DNA of 37,339 nucleotides from an uncultured Clostridia bacterium (GTDB lineage Bacteria; Bacillota; Clostridia; Christensenellales; UBA1242): NCBI GenBank assembly GCA_944376495.1, contig CALWCW010000086.1, positions 1 to 37,339 of the forward strand, read 5' to 3'. Shown piece by piece: positions 29,001 to 37,339 of this stretch (position 1 is its first letter; each line of letters starts with the position of its first letter). The notes under the pieces were generated by a model. It saw only the letters and a program-made list of their open reading frames with translations, ran no database searches and was not told where the DNA came from. The position numbers and the translations under genes were made by a program.

Positions 29001-32000
29001 GACTAAAGTTTCCTGTTAAAATAACTTCATCATCTATGACTTTATTTGCAAATTGATAATTCCCATCATTAATAGTTGCCGTTCTGTCAAACACTTTAGA
29101 AACTGATAAAATTTCAAGTCCCAATTTAGTTATTTCTACACTGCCTACAACCCTTGCACTATTAAATTCTACTTCGGCACCAGATTTTACTGAAATACCA
29201 AAGTTTGTATAAGTGCCAACATCAATTGAATTTGGCATTGAAATTTCATAGTCCTCAAGTGCAATTTCGTATAACGTTCCACTTAAGAAATGTTCTTGCT
29301 CATCAAGCATAAATGAAAGTGTGATTGTCGAAGTAGATTCTCCGATTGCAAGAACCCAACGTCCATTTGAATAAGACAATGTGAAGTTTGGCGCTTGTCC
29401 ATTATATACCATAGACAACGCTTCGTCTAAAGTAATAATAAGTTCATAATTTGCTTGAGTGATTGTGAAATAAACACCATTTGTATCAAGAGTTACATCA
29501 AAATTTGCATTTGATGGAGTTGATACACTTGTAAATTTATGTGAGCCAACTCTTTCATTTACTGCACCTAAAGCATTCGCTCTTGACAAGTTTATAGTGA
29601 TTGTTTCAGGATTTGCTCCCGTGAACATTACAACAGTAAATGTAAATGTTGGGTCAGCCTCACCAAAGATTTTTTGGTTTAAGCCTGCGTCATCAACATG
29701 AGATTGAGTGATAACAAGTGGGGCTTTAGATATTGTAATTGTTTCGCTGTATGTATAATCATTAAAGATTGTTGAGTCAAGATTGAGAGTTAAGATATAC
29801 TCACCTGCGTTCTTAATTTCTGTTGTAGAAATTCCTGTCATAGTAAAGTAATAAGGTAAATCTGCACTAGCATTAAGAAGAGTGTCAAGTGTTACATTAC
29901 TAAATCCTAACTTATCGCCAGTGAAAGCAAAAGTTATATCTCCAGCATAATCTTTATTTGCATAGACAAATTCTGTGTTTGTTGTAGATACACCAGTAAT
30001 AGTAAGTCTTGCGATATTTAAATCAAAATTAAATGTTGTTCTTCTTGCTTGATAACCATCTCTTGTTGCTGTAATTTCAAGAGAGTAAGAAATTTCATCA
30101 GAAGAATTTGATGTTGTATTTGCTTTTACAGTCCAACCATTTTCGCTAGTCCATACTTCTATTCCATTACGCTTCCAACTGAAAGCATAAGTGATTGCAT
30201 CATCATTTCTGTTTTCTATACCCTTAACAAGCAGGTCTGCTAAATCGATTGCGTCTGTATCAGCATTGTATTGTGCTTTTGCATCTCGAACTATTCCGCC
30301 GTCAACAACTGTTCCCGTAGGATTAAGTAGATTCCAGTTTGCGATGATTGTTGTTGTAAGAATGGTCGAGTCTGCCGCTGCAGAGATTGTGTTTCCGTTT
30401 GCCGATACCGTGCTTGTGTCAGTAAACCAATCTCTAAATTCAAATCCTGTCCATTTGTTTTCTTCAGCAAGAACTGCTTCTGCCGTTCCGCCAAGTTGAA
30501 CATAAATGAACCCTTGGTCGCCACCCTTGTCACCTAAACTCAATTTAACTGCCTTATAGTCAGTAAGAACTGCATAATAAGAACTTTGAGCATTAAATGA
30601 AGATGGAGTGTTTGAACGTGATTGTGTTGTTGTCAAGTTTTGAAGAAGGCTTGTCAAATTGCTTGTCGAGACATCATTTGTCCAACCAAGAACTTCCATT
30701 GTTCCGTCTATTTCAAAAGTGAAAGCAACACTTTGTCCGTTTGCTATTCTAATAATTGGATTATTTGTTCCGTTTTTAGCAATAGAGAATACAAGATTCC
30801 CGCTTGCACTATCAACGTAGTTAAAGAAATCGTTAGTAGTAGTAATTCTTTGAGTCGAGCCATTGTATGTGAAGGCTGTAATTGTTATATTAATTGAAGT
30901 ATTGTCAGTAACTTGTGCTTGTGTTAAATCTATATTTGGAACAAAGTATTTAACACCAGCCGTAATTCTAAATCCTTCATCTTCGTCAACAATTTCATAA
31001 TTTCCAGCAATATTAATAACAAAATTACTACTCTTATCACTTTCGTCTTTTGTGATTTGCCATGACATAATAAGTTCACTTTCATCTGCAACCGTGCTGT
31101 AAACGTCATAAACGTTTGCAATTGAACCATTTGTGTAAATTGAATTGATATTTACAGTAAAGTCACGAACAAAGGTAGGTTGACTTGTCACTTGATAGTT
31201 GATGACTTGATGATTCTCTCCATTTTCAAACCCTTTACCAGAAATAGTAACTTCAATTGGAGTTTGAACTACTGTTGCTGTAACCGTCGCATTTTCTGGA
31301 GCAACTGGGTTATAAGCAAAGAGCGAACCAACTTGTGTAAGTCCATCATAGTTGTTTATATCAAAGTTGCCAGTAACAGTAAAGTAATATGTCACATTAT
31401 AACCGCTTCCAACACTAAATTCTCTTGAATCAAAATCTATAAGGTCAACTCTTGAGAATATAAGTTCGGAAATTGCTGTGTTTGCACTATCACTATAGGC
31501 AAATGTTCCTGCGTTAAAACCTAAATCGTCTGTAACATTAAAGGTTTTTGTCCCACTATAGTAAGTAATTAGATTTGCACCAGAGATGATAATCTTGCTC
31601 TTTGCAATTTGAACATTATCACCATCTGTAACATAGGTATAAGTTATTGTATCTCCAGAATCTTTTAAAGTATCTTGAAGAGCAACATAGAGTTTAAGTT
31701 CTCCATTCATTGCATTTCTATATAGAACAGAGAAATCTGTTTCAGGCGAAAGTCTTTCGCTTCCTAGCATATAGTAAATATCTATTACTTTATCACCGTT
31801 TGCTAAAGGCTTTCCAACAGCAATTGTTTCGTCTGTTGTTAAAGTTGTAACAGAAGCGGTTGCAATCGTTTGATTTGTATTATTAAATACAAGTCCTGAT
31901 TGTGGAGTTAAAACTGCATTAACATAAGTATTTGTGCTAGTCCATACCGCTCTTAATGTAATGTTTCCTTCATAATTGTATTGATTGCTTGCATTGACAA

Positions 32001-35000
32001 ATTTAGAATCAAAAGTCCAAGTTCCATCTTCGCCTTTTGTAGCAAAAGTGTCACTACCAAATCTGAATGAAGAAATTTCATAACCAAGTCTTGTATAAGA
32101 TTTTCCAGTAAATAGATTTGTAATATCTTGGTCATATTTGACAGCATAAGTTCTATCATCCTGCGCAATGGTTTCAGGAGTTTGAACGTCAATTGTAATA
32201 GTAAAGTCTTTTGCTTTGATAACTACAGTTAAGGTCGTATTTCCTTGAATATTTATTATTGTAACTGTTGTAACATTTCCAGAAACACTATATTCAATAG
32301 TAGCCTCGTCATAATCTCCAGCAAGGTCAGGTTGAGATAGGCTTGCGTTTGTTGCAGTTTGGTCAATTTCATAACCTGTTGCAAGAGTAAACTCATAAAC
32401 TTTGCTTGTTCCCCATACAACACCTTCAACTTGTGTTCCTTCAATATAAGGCATTCCGTCTAAAGTCACACCTGAAATTTTGTCTTTATTTCCGCCATAA
32501 TCAACTGTAATATTAAACAATTCTCGGTTCCAACTTGCAGTAATTGTCATTGTTAAATCTGCATTTGGATTTGATGTAATAAAGTATTGATTATTACTGT
32601 AAGATTCACCAATTTCATTACGCCAAATATATTGTTCTCCTGGAACATCTACATTTGGTATGTTTTGAATTAATGAGCCATATTTCCATGTTCTAGTAGC
32701 ACGGTCTAACCCTGCGTCATCTCCTGTAAACACAGGAATTTCTCCTGTTGTAGAAACGCCTTTTTCAAATGTAACAGTATAATCAAGTCCTTCAAATTCT
32801 GCCGTAAGCAAAATTGCTGTATCACGAGTAGGAACAGACCCTAATAATTGTGAAATAGTATCTTGTGCTAAATCGTCTGCATCAATATTAGATAGATTGT
32901 AAGTCCAATTTGTTTGAACGTAAGTTCCTGCTTCAGGAGTATAATAAGGAACAACATCTTTAATAGTTGTTTTTCCACTTTCTACAGTCCAAACACCGCT
33001 AATATCTCCGCTTGCGACTATAGTGCTTCCATCAGTGTCAACAATATCTGCTCCAAGTAGCGATGAATACTGTGTGTTTATTGTCACATTGATAGGGTCA
33101 ATAGTAATGTTAATAACAAGGTTTGCTCGAACTTGTCCTAAAATGAACGCACCGTTTCGTGCATCTGTCGCACTGCTATCACCTGTGATTGATTTGTAAA
33201 GTTCAGCAGCAGAACCCGTAATTTGCATTCCAGTCCACTTATACCAAGCATCACTTGCAATGCTAAATGATATTGTATCATTGAAATGAATATTATACAT
33301 TCCAGCAACTGGAGAAATTTCTTGTCCGACATCGTTGTTGTAGCGGACAGTTACTTGACCATGGTCAGTTTCTTCACCGTTGATATTTATTGTAATTGTA
33401 ACTGGTGCCTCTTCCCATTGAGCAACAAAGGTAAATCCGCCATCATCTTGGTCGGCATCTTGAGTAAAGTCATATCCGCCTTCTTTAATTCTTTCCCAAA
33501 TTGAAGTTTTAGTGCTATCAGCATTGTTTAACTTCCAATTTACGAAATTATATGTTGGTTCAACATTCATTTTTACTATAGGAAGGTCGCCATCACGAAG
33601 TTCAGAATAAGAGAGCACTCTTTCCCAGTTTCCGTTTGTCCAACCTGTTGAGCTTGTAATAACATCAAATACTCCCGGTTCAGGGTTATTTGTGTCAATA
33701 ACAATGCGAACTGTAATTTCTTCTGTCTTTATAGTTGCTGTAAGGTTGTCAGTTATGTTAGTAAGAGTAAATGAACCCTTATTTGTCTTTTGATTTGTCA
33801 TTGATAGAGTGCATACTTTTTGTTTGCTTAACTCTACATCTTCAAAAGTATAACCTTCTTTAGCATCAACAGCAATATCAGAAATTGTATCCCAATAATT
33901 TACGGTTGTTTCAAGAGTTTCATTAACTGAAGTTGTGCCACTTTCAAATTTAGTATGAGTAACATTTGTATAATTGCCTTCATTAATAGTCACTGTGTAA
34001 GTTTTTATCTGCCAAATTGCATCTAAAGTTATCTCGCTTTCAAGGCCATGCGCCACATCAACGGCATCTTTCAATAATGTTTCTATATCATCTTCATTAT
34101 AATCTTCAAGTTGTTTGTTGTTGTATTCCCAACCTTGTTGAGTATAACCTATTCTTGTTGTATAAGTAGAAGTGTCTTTAAGTGCATTCATAAGAGCAGT
34201 CTTATCACCAGCATAAGTGAATGTTATATCTTGAGTATTGCCAAAATCAGTTATGTTATCATTCACCCAACTTTCAGTTTGAACATTTTTCTTGAATGTA
34301 AGTAAAATTGATGTAATGCTTCCCTTTATATTCTCGGTAATAGCATAATTGAGATAATCACCTGTATAATTTGAAACTGTAATAGGTTTTTGAACCCCAA
34401 TTTCTCTATTGTTATAATTAGCAGAATTGATTGTAATAAAATCTCCGTCTAATATACCAGAAGATGTGAAATATCCTCCGTCTGCATTGACGTTTTTCCC
34501 AACAAACGCATCTTCTACTACTGCATCACCGTCGTATTGTTTAGTAATTTCAAAGCCTTGAGCATTGTTTATTGTTATTGCCTTTTGAGTGATTGTTATA
34601 TTTAAAGTATATTCTTTGCTATAACTATCCCCTTCATCTGTAATAGGGTCACCAAAAGTAAAGTTGATTGATGACAAAGTATAACGGAATACATAATGAG
34701 TAACATTATTTTCTTCGTCATAAACTACTTGCAAGTAATTCCCATTTGAATAAGTTGCCCCGTCAATAACAGGCAAAACATTAGATATGTATTTATTTAA
34801 AATTTTTGTATTAAATGTTCCTGTATAAGTCAAAGGAATTAAACTTAAGAAAGTTTCTAAAGATGTAGTTCTAGAAAGTTTACCATATTCTAAACTGCTT
34901 ACAGTTGATTTCATTGTTACTGTTTCAGTAGATGGTATAACTTTTATTTTAAGCCCTTCAGCAAGCGATAAATTGTAATTGTTTATAGCAATAGCATTAT

Positions 35001-37338
35001 CTATATGGATTTCATTTTCATTGATTTCTTGAGAACCTGCAAGTTCGCTTGCAAATTTACCAGAAATTTCAACTTCATCATAAACACCGCCTTTTTGAAC
35101 AATGTTATCAATAGTTAAAGTTATTGTATTGCCACTATTTAAATCTTTCTTATTGTTATATTTAAATTCTGTTGTTTGGTCAAAAGTTTTTATCGCTTCG
35201 GTAATTGTAATATTTCTTGCATTTACAACTATTTTTGCGTTGTCAGTATTGGTTATTTCAATTCCAGCCCAACCGACATCTGTTGCGTTTTGAGTCAAAG
35301 CAACGGTAAATATATATTCTCCTCTATATTCAGGATTTTCAACCACATTTCGACTGAATGTGAAGTATGACGCATAGAGTGCTCTTTGGTCGATTGGAAC
35401 ATAGATTGGGTCACCATTTCCACGTCTATAGTAAAGTAAAAATTCAATGCTTAATTCTGTATCATTTGCATTACCTTTCAAGTAGAATTTTTGAGAATCT
35501 TCGTCATATTCAATAGTTAAATTTTCAAAAACATAGCCATTGTATGTATATTCAAAATGATTTAGAAGTTCAACTTGGAGATAACTGTTTGGAACTAAAA
35601 TTTCAAAATTATCAATAAACACAGGTGAGGTAACGTTGATTTCATAATTTCGATCATCTTCTGGCGAGTCAATTCTATCATAAGTTAATCTATGAAGTCC
35701 AATTTGTTCATAACCTTGAGATTGAGTATCTCTTGTAAACCACACAGTTATTGAATCGTTATTGTTTGCCGAAACAGTCAATGTTGCCTTGAGTTGAGGG
35801 TCGGCTTCTCCGAAATATTTACTTAAATTAATTTGGTCTGTATATTGAGACTGTCCAAGATTAATTGTATATTCATCTACAACAAGTGTGATAGTGCCTT
35901 TACCCTCTTCAATTGCATAAACTTCAGAAAGTCTTGAGTGAATTACAATTGAAATAATATAAGTATCTGCACCTCTAACCGTTGTATAGTTATAAGTTTG
36001 AGAAAGGATTGTCACATAATAACCTAAAGTTCCACTATTATCGCTCTTTGGCATATTTGACAATAATATATCTTGAGTTGTAAATCCTTCTTCACCAAGT
36101 TGTGAATTTAATCTATTTATTATAGTTATTTCACCATCTCGAACTTGGTCGTTGAATGTAAGATTAGAATTAGGATTGCGTTCAATTCCGACATAGTTTA
36201 TTAAAATGTCAAGATTGAATGTCCAAGTAAATGTTCTAGTTTGAGGAGATGGTTGAACGTTATCATGATAAGTTACGGTTAAAGTAAATGTATAATCACC
36301 GCTCATTGACGTTACAGCCATTTTATCTGTTGTATTTTGGATTAAGAATGATATTTTTGTGCTATCAAAATCAAAATTCAATTCTCCATGAATAGATGAA
36401 TCATGAACAAGTAAATAAGAAGTTGAAATAACTTTGTCAGGGAATGAAATCGTTGCAAAATCACTGACTGGAAGTTCAAAGCCCGAAACACTTGCTTGTC
36501 TTTCTAATGAACTAACCCCTTCAGCAACTATATAGTTAAATTTCCAACTAGCAACAATATTAACAGCCCTTCCACCTTTATTGACAGTAAGTAGGTTAGA
36601 ATCATCTTGTGGAGTTATTGTAATATCTGTTGAGTTAGGGTCGCTATAGTTATTAAACGAAAGTCCTTCATAAGAATGAGTAGGGTTTGATAAATTATAT
36701 CCACCATTCATAGCTGAAATATAATATGTTTCGGTTGAATTATTTTCACGTGTCCCACCATTATAATCTACATTAACTTTAACAACATCAGTCAAAACAG
36801 CATAAGTTTGAACTGTTTTTCTAGCAGAAGATGCTGTGACAGTGTTAGTTGTAGTTGCAGGGAAGGTGTTATCTAAATAACTTTCATAATATGATGAATT
36901 GCCATTTGCAGAATCATCCCAGTAAAGAACTGTAAGTGATTGTGCTCTATCGCTAGAGAGATTAACTACAATATCAAATGTTAATGTCACTCCTTGACGA
37001 AGTGTTGCTTCGTTGATGTAAATAAGTAAATTTGACGAATTATTATTTACGAATGAAAGTAAGATATTGTCATTATATGAAATATTGTCTTGTTCGTCAG
37101 TTCTGCTTGAAACTTGAGCCCCATTAACTCTAATATTTTGGATAGAGAATGTTTCAGTTTGTCCTCTATAAGTATTTGTCAATTGAGGTTCAAGTGCTCC
37201 ATAAACTGATGCGACTAAATATCTAGATTCATATGTATATTGAACAGCATCTATAGGATCCAACAAATTAAAATAGAAATCGGTTGATAAATTCCACTCA
37301 AAGTTTTGATTAGGATCATTTTGCCCTTCTATTTCAAG
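23020..37338 (-). CDS. Giant membrane-anchored surface protein (at least 4772 aa, 5'-truncated) with InlB-B/Flg_new-, MBG- and YDG-like repeats
   Basis: The frame stays open past 37266 to the window edge. Motifs KxFGEADP, KxYDG/KxFDxT, GYxFxxW and GEGTEDSPFLI...WEPIG. C-terminal TM followed by RRNRKK. Confidence 0.88.
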   Translation of the reverse strand, partial: LEIEGQNDPNQNFEWNLSTDFYFNLLDPIDAVQYTYESRYLVASVYGALEPQLTNTYRGQTETFSIQNIRVNGAQVSSRTDEQDNISYNDNILLSFVNNNSSNLLIYINEATLRQGVTLTFDIVVNLSSDRAQSLTVLYWDDSANGNSSYYESYLDNTFPATTTNTVTASSARKTVQTYAVLTDVVKVNVDYNGGTRENNSTETYYISAMNGGYNLSNPTHSYEGLSFNNYSDPNSTDITITPQDDSNLLTVNKGGRAVNIVASWKFNYIVAEGVSSLERQASVSGFELPVSDFATISFPDKVISTSYLLVHDSSIHGELNFDFDSTKISFLIQNTTDKMAVTSMSGDYTFTLTVTYHDNVQPSPQTRTFTWTFNLDILINYVGIERNPNSNLTFNDQVRDGEITIINRLNSQLGEEGFTTQDILLSNMPKSDNSGTLGYYVTILSQTYNYTTVRGADTYIISIVIHSRLSEVYAIEEGKGTITLVVDEYTINLGQSQYTDQINLSKYFGEADPQLKATLTVSANNNDSITVWFTRDTQSQGYEQIGLHRLTYDRIDSPEDDRNYEINVTSPVFIDNFEILVPNSYLQVELLNHFEYTYNGYVFENLTIEYDEDSQKFYLKGNANDTELSIEFLLYYRRGNGDPIYVPIDQRALYASYFTFSRNVVENPEYRGEYIFTVALTQNATDVGWAGIEITNTDNAKIVVNARNITITEAIKTFDQTTEFKYNNKKDLNSGNTITLTIDNIVQKGGVYDEVEISGKFASELAGSQEINENEIHIDNAIAINNYNLSLAEGLKIKVIPSTETVTMKSTVSSLEYGKLSRTTSLETFLSLIPLTYTGTFNTKILNKYISNVLPVIDGATYSNGNYLQVVYDEENNVTHYVFRYTLSSINFTFGDPITDEGDSYSKEYTLNITITQKAITINNAQGFEITKQYDGDAVVEDAFVGKNVNADGGYFTSSGILDGDFITINSANYNNREIGVQKPITVSNYTGDYLNYAITENIKGSITSILLTFKKNVQTESWVNDNITDFGNTQDITFTYAGDKTALMNALKDTSTYTTRIGYTQQGWEYNNKQLEDYNEDDIETLLKDAVDVAHGLESEITLDAIWQIKTYTVTINEGNYTNVTHTKFESGTTSVNETLETTVNYWDTISDIAVDAKEGYTFEDVELSKQKVCTLSMTNQKTNKGSFTLTNITDNLTATIKTEEITVRIVIDTNNPEPGVFDVITSSTGWTNGNWERVLSYSELRDGDLPIVKMNVEPTYNFVNWKLNNADSTKTSIWERIKEGGYDFTQDADQDDGGFTFVAQWEEAPVTITININGEETDHGQVTVRYNNDVGQEISPVAGMYNIHFNDTISFSIASDAWYKWTGMQITGSAAELYKSITGDSSATDARNGAFILGQVRANLVINITIDPINVTINTQYSSLLGADIVDTDGSTIVASGDISGVWTVESGKTTIKDVVPYYTPEAGTYVQTNWTYNLSNIDADDLAQDTISQLLGSVPTRDTAILLTAEFEGLDYTVTFEKGVSTTGEIPVFTGDDAGLDRATRTWKYGSLIQNIPNVDVPGEQYIWRNEIGESYSNNQYFITSNPNADLTMTITASWNRELFNITVDYGGNKDKISGVTLDGMPYIEGTQVEGVVWGTSKVYEFTLATGYEIDQTATNASLSQPDLAGDYDEATIEYSVSGNVTTVTIINIQGNTTLTVVIKAKDFTITIDVQTPETIAQDDRTYAVKYDQDITNLFTGKSYTRLGYEISSFRFGSDTFATKGEDGTWTFDSKFVNASNQYNYEGNITLRAVWTSTNTYVNAVLTPQSGLVFNNTNQTIATASVTTLTTDETIAVGKPLANGDKVIDIYYMLGSERLSPETDFSVLYRNAMNGELKLYVALQDTLKDSGDTITYTYVTDGDNVQIAKSKIIISGANLITYYSGTKTFNVTDDLGFNAGTFAYSDSANTAISELIFSRVDLIDFDSREFSVGSGYNVTYYFTVTGNFDINNYDGLTQVGSLFAYNPVAPENATVTATVVQTPIEVTISGKGFENGENHQVINYQVTSQPTFVRDFTVNINSIYTNGSIANVYDVYSTVADESELIMSWQITKDESDKSSNFVINIAGNYEIVDEDEGFRITAGVKYFVPNIDLTQAQVTDNTSINITITAFTYNGSTQRITTTNDFFNYVDSASGNLVFSIAKNGTNNPIIRIANGQSVAFTFEIDGTMEVLGWTNDVSTSNLTSLLQNLTTTQSRSNTPSSFNAQSSYYAVLTDYKAVKLSLGDKGGDQGFIYVQLGGTAEAVLAEENKWTGFEFRDWFTDTSTVSANGNTISAAADSTILTTTIIANWNLLNPTGTVVDGGIVRDAKAQYNADTDAIDLADLLVKGIENRNDDAITYAFSWKRNGIEVWTSENGWTVKANTTSNSSDEISYSLEITATRDGYQARRTTFNFDLNIARLTITGVSTTNTEFVYANKDYAGDITFAFTGDKLGFSNVTLDTLLNASADLPYYFTMTGISTTEIKNAGEYILTLNLDSTIFNDYTYSETITISKAPLVITQSHVDDAGLNQKIFGEADPTFTFTVVMFTGANPETITINLSRANALGAVNERVGSHKFTSVSTPSNANFDVTLDTNGVYFTITQANYELIITLDEALSMVYNGQAPNFTLSYSNGRWVLAIGESTSTITLSFMLDEQEHFLSGTLYEIALEDYEISMPNSIDVGTYTNFGISVKSGAEVEFNSARVVGSVEITKLGLEILSVSKVFDRTATINDGNYQFANKVIDDEVILTGNFSQAEAGQNLTLNTLAISGKDAGNYYIANNDFNKAEITPLAVTNVSIQFNNALLTYGDLYGNTSLNNLLTMTSGVTINIDGVTSDLSNNFITVSSWSANSADLSLSGSLKAGNKAVTIVITSTNFSGISEDGYSVQLTIQRQELDLSWLAIVKNYDSTTDLPDSFSGSLDGYIEDGDDVSIDEEASKYASAEVGTHKVTIDLTGDDAVNYTVKDNVTGIINKFSINFIVVANEENEDLVTDGEFVEDGLTPIVTVPTFSFEYPINESADDMISRMTYPTRKGYKVVGWKYLSGDNYISITAENIESLLSEIAYTDDDATINVYTVWEIEYYNMTVKSPSAQLASFTITARAGSEGYVLGDAQSGYTVRYFADININVTGNRGYKVAYYNMTAGDSIGSNFNDVGNNIGTAIIEKVGNNITLDVYFEDILITFVIDPNIPNWTSQTGTEVDEVTLTYSELESLVQGDLPRLTVTDGTYYLDSYSYMLGASRTPIGTNTLMQIVDQAYPTLLTDSSVQVSANWLGENYTIYFNANGGELSSDTPINAVYGSAFTQPFPTASMTGKSNLWVAPDGVYYKQDGSNEEEIGEYIFHSIGSNSTGDWTITLTAEWVNNPYTLTIEFDDKISVNAYGNEITSGFEYDIIYEEGELVITVTPNTGYVFEIVDEADFKGQITRDENNSNVITIKNLYEDDTLTLQSLPGDNTINIYTENVESFTVKINDEEAVENLNEFIAKTESTITLVFNATKGYEFNPADASKIYARGGSITATTSEDKKTLYVTWIDFVTDATLNVSAEPSTNIVTIPDISAYFSGLTFNGQSILTTGTTYSIKTGQTIQVVATLNYGYTEPLIETTPDFVTAQDYSWINRNSVYELTATIEGINESFTINMTAKARTFNFNVSVKEGQETYGEITSQTTLTADFGETISLSQNTLAIDYIFSGWEIFNTIISTDSPATITIDSSLKDLLEAFGHDQTVLIFATYKEKIFSVSFRTGSRGNYSFYQDGMEPVSVTAGNTVIRELNLGSNIIINLNPDDGYEFNQLMFDGEVATNLEFTYDEVAKTLTIPVDVNNPMGLIEVSFKASEAYVTVRAGIMVNYVENLGSNEGGVVYLVDRQGERLDDSYYLENNGVRYIGYDYQVQTYTDETLYFVMEPRSGFSGTMRSDSSRVTHSEFTVNGKQVHSFSGVHEGANIYAVFTANENVINIVYVLEGSTEPVMAGKTYVETSSALVTASGNGTHNTKVTAITDSDLIATVNSGISYNLARNEDGTVKYQIVYTQGEDEFVGEILFGQVIDTDIMQTGFSNSADISITDVNTDATIYIYVTPKVYNLRFYINENDSVVLDGVLTYGREFSLNGLTDEQRALIFQQRTGFTLQGYYTMQQGYGTCYVDRQGRVTGPWLEESYVVSGSTYVAASNFDEATDTFTIYAAWLYNKSTITIDFMPSGFSDKLSNVSITDVIINIDTSTAWLPQDNKWYAEVNSGISLTLQAYEYEGYEFMYWLVSMDGGEPVQMASTFQMQFPQGNYVIQAIYYPKFTMEIETLNSSIVAGTSSVVQDGTILTGSTFDPNKEVTLEATVNEGYNFLYWENTETGEKIYGEYDIISEKTTYTFDTLLTEPLYLKAVYEGKNVNITLDYQDVILHHELEGVYLNGELVENDTEFNAKVGDKIEIVVRQHQGYGFEMVGGDFKLSSGADATLVYGYDISAQHLTQNGDEYDLDLVFKSTRENIRFQFNAYVNNAVSNSEYALAGRLRFVDANGVEQSVSTNNTYDTPFGQTVYLKIDTLSNYEIADIYVQTDYLYNITDRLTENGIVIDENFMETYFNYNISINVYFNRLVWIEGDFEEYALQGEGTEDSPFLINDVNDFAYVAYLVNNGIMLNEDTKYSECYYRVTNNINFSGKYWEPIGTEENPFNGYMYLGRYQMSNIVHYTTYSNPSTSYNGLFWHLGENAEIVQSDNTLVVILSVIGGIILLIALIILIIFIIRRNRKKELDEIANN

Positions 37339-37339
37339 T

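Noticed and set aside
23091-35370. Many 60-100 aa ORFs inside the giant gene, and those within apeA, pflX, yitT and rpsF
   Set aside because: Antisense or alternate-frame shadows with no RBS or recognisable motifs.

Overview
AT-rich chromosomal segment of a low-GC, spo0A-bearing Clostridia-like bacterium (taxonomy inferred from gene content only). The first ~4.7 kb is accessory. It holds a standalone polymorphic-toxin-like ORF followed by probable immunity genes and a decayed paralog fragment, then the main candidate new system. That system is a TrmH/SpoU RNA methyltransferase overlapping a radical SAM/SPASM peptide maturase (split by an in-frame TAA), followed by a 62-63 aa precursor with two identical cores (GCYTPCQQGSSGGNK), its own promoter and a terminator. 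The middle is mostly housekeeping: M18 aminopeptidase, rubrerythrin, YitT, PflX, a MATE-HAD fusion, pflA, spo0A, Smr, a lipoprotein, a phosphoesterase, YqeY, tRNA-Met and rpsF-ssb-rpsR-rpmE. It also contains an unexplained 94-nt four-way-junction palindrome and several apparently leaderless genes. The right 17 kb encodes a BspA-like LRR surface protein and a 5'-truncated giant (at least 4772 aa) membrane-anchored surface protein with a ~2000-aa internal super-repeat. All family calls come from motif recognition by eye; no searches were run.
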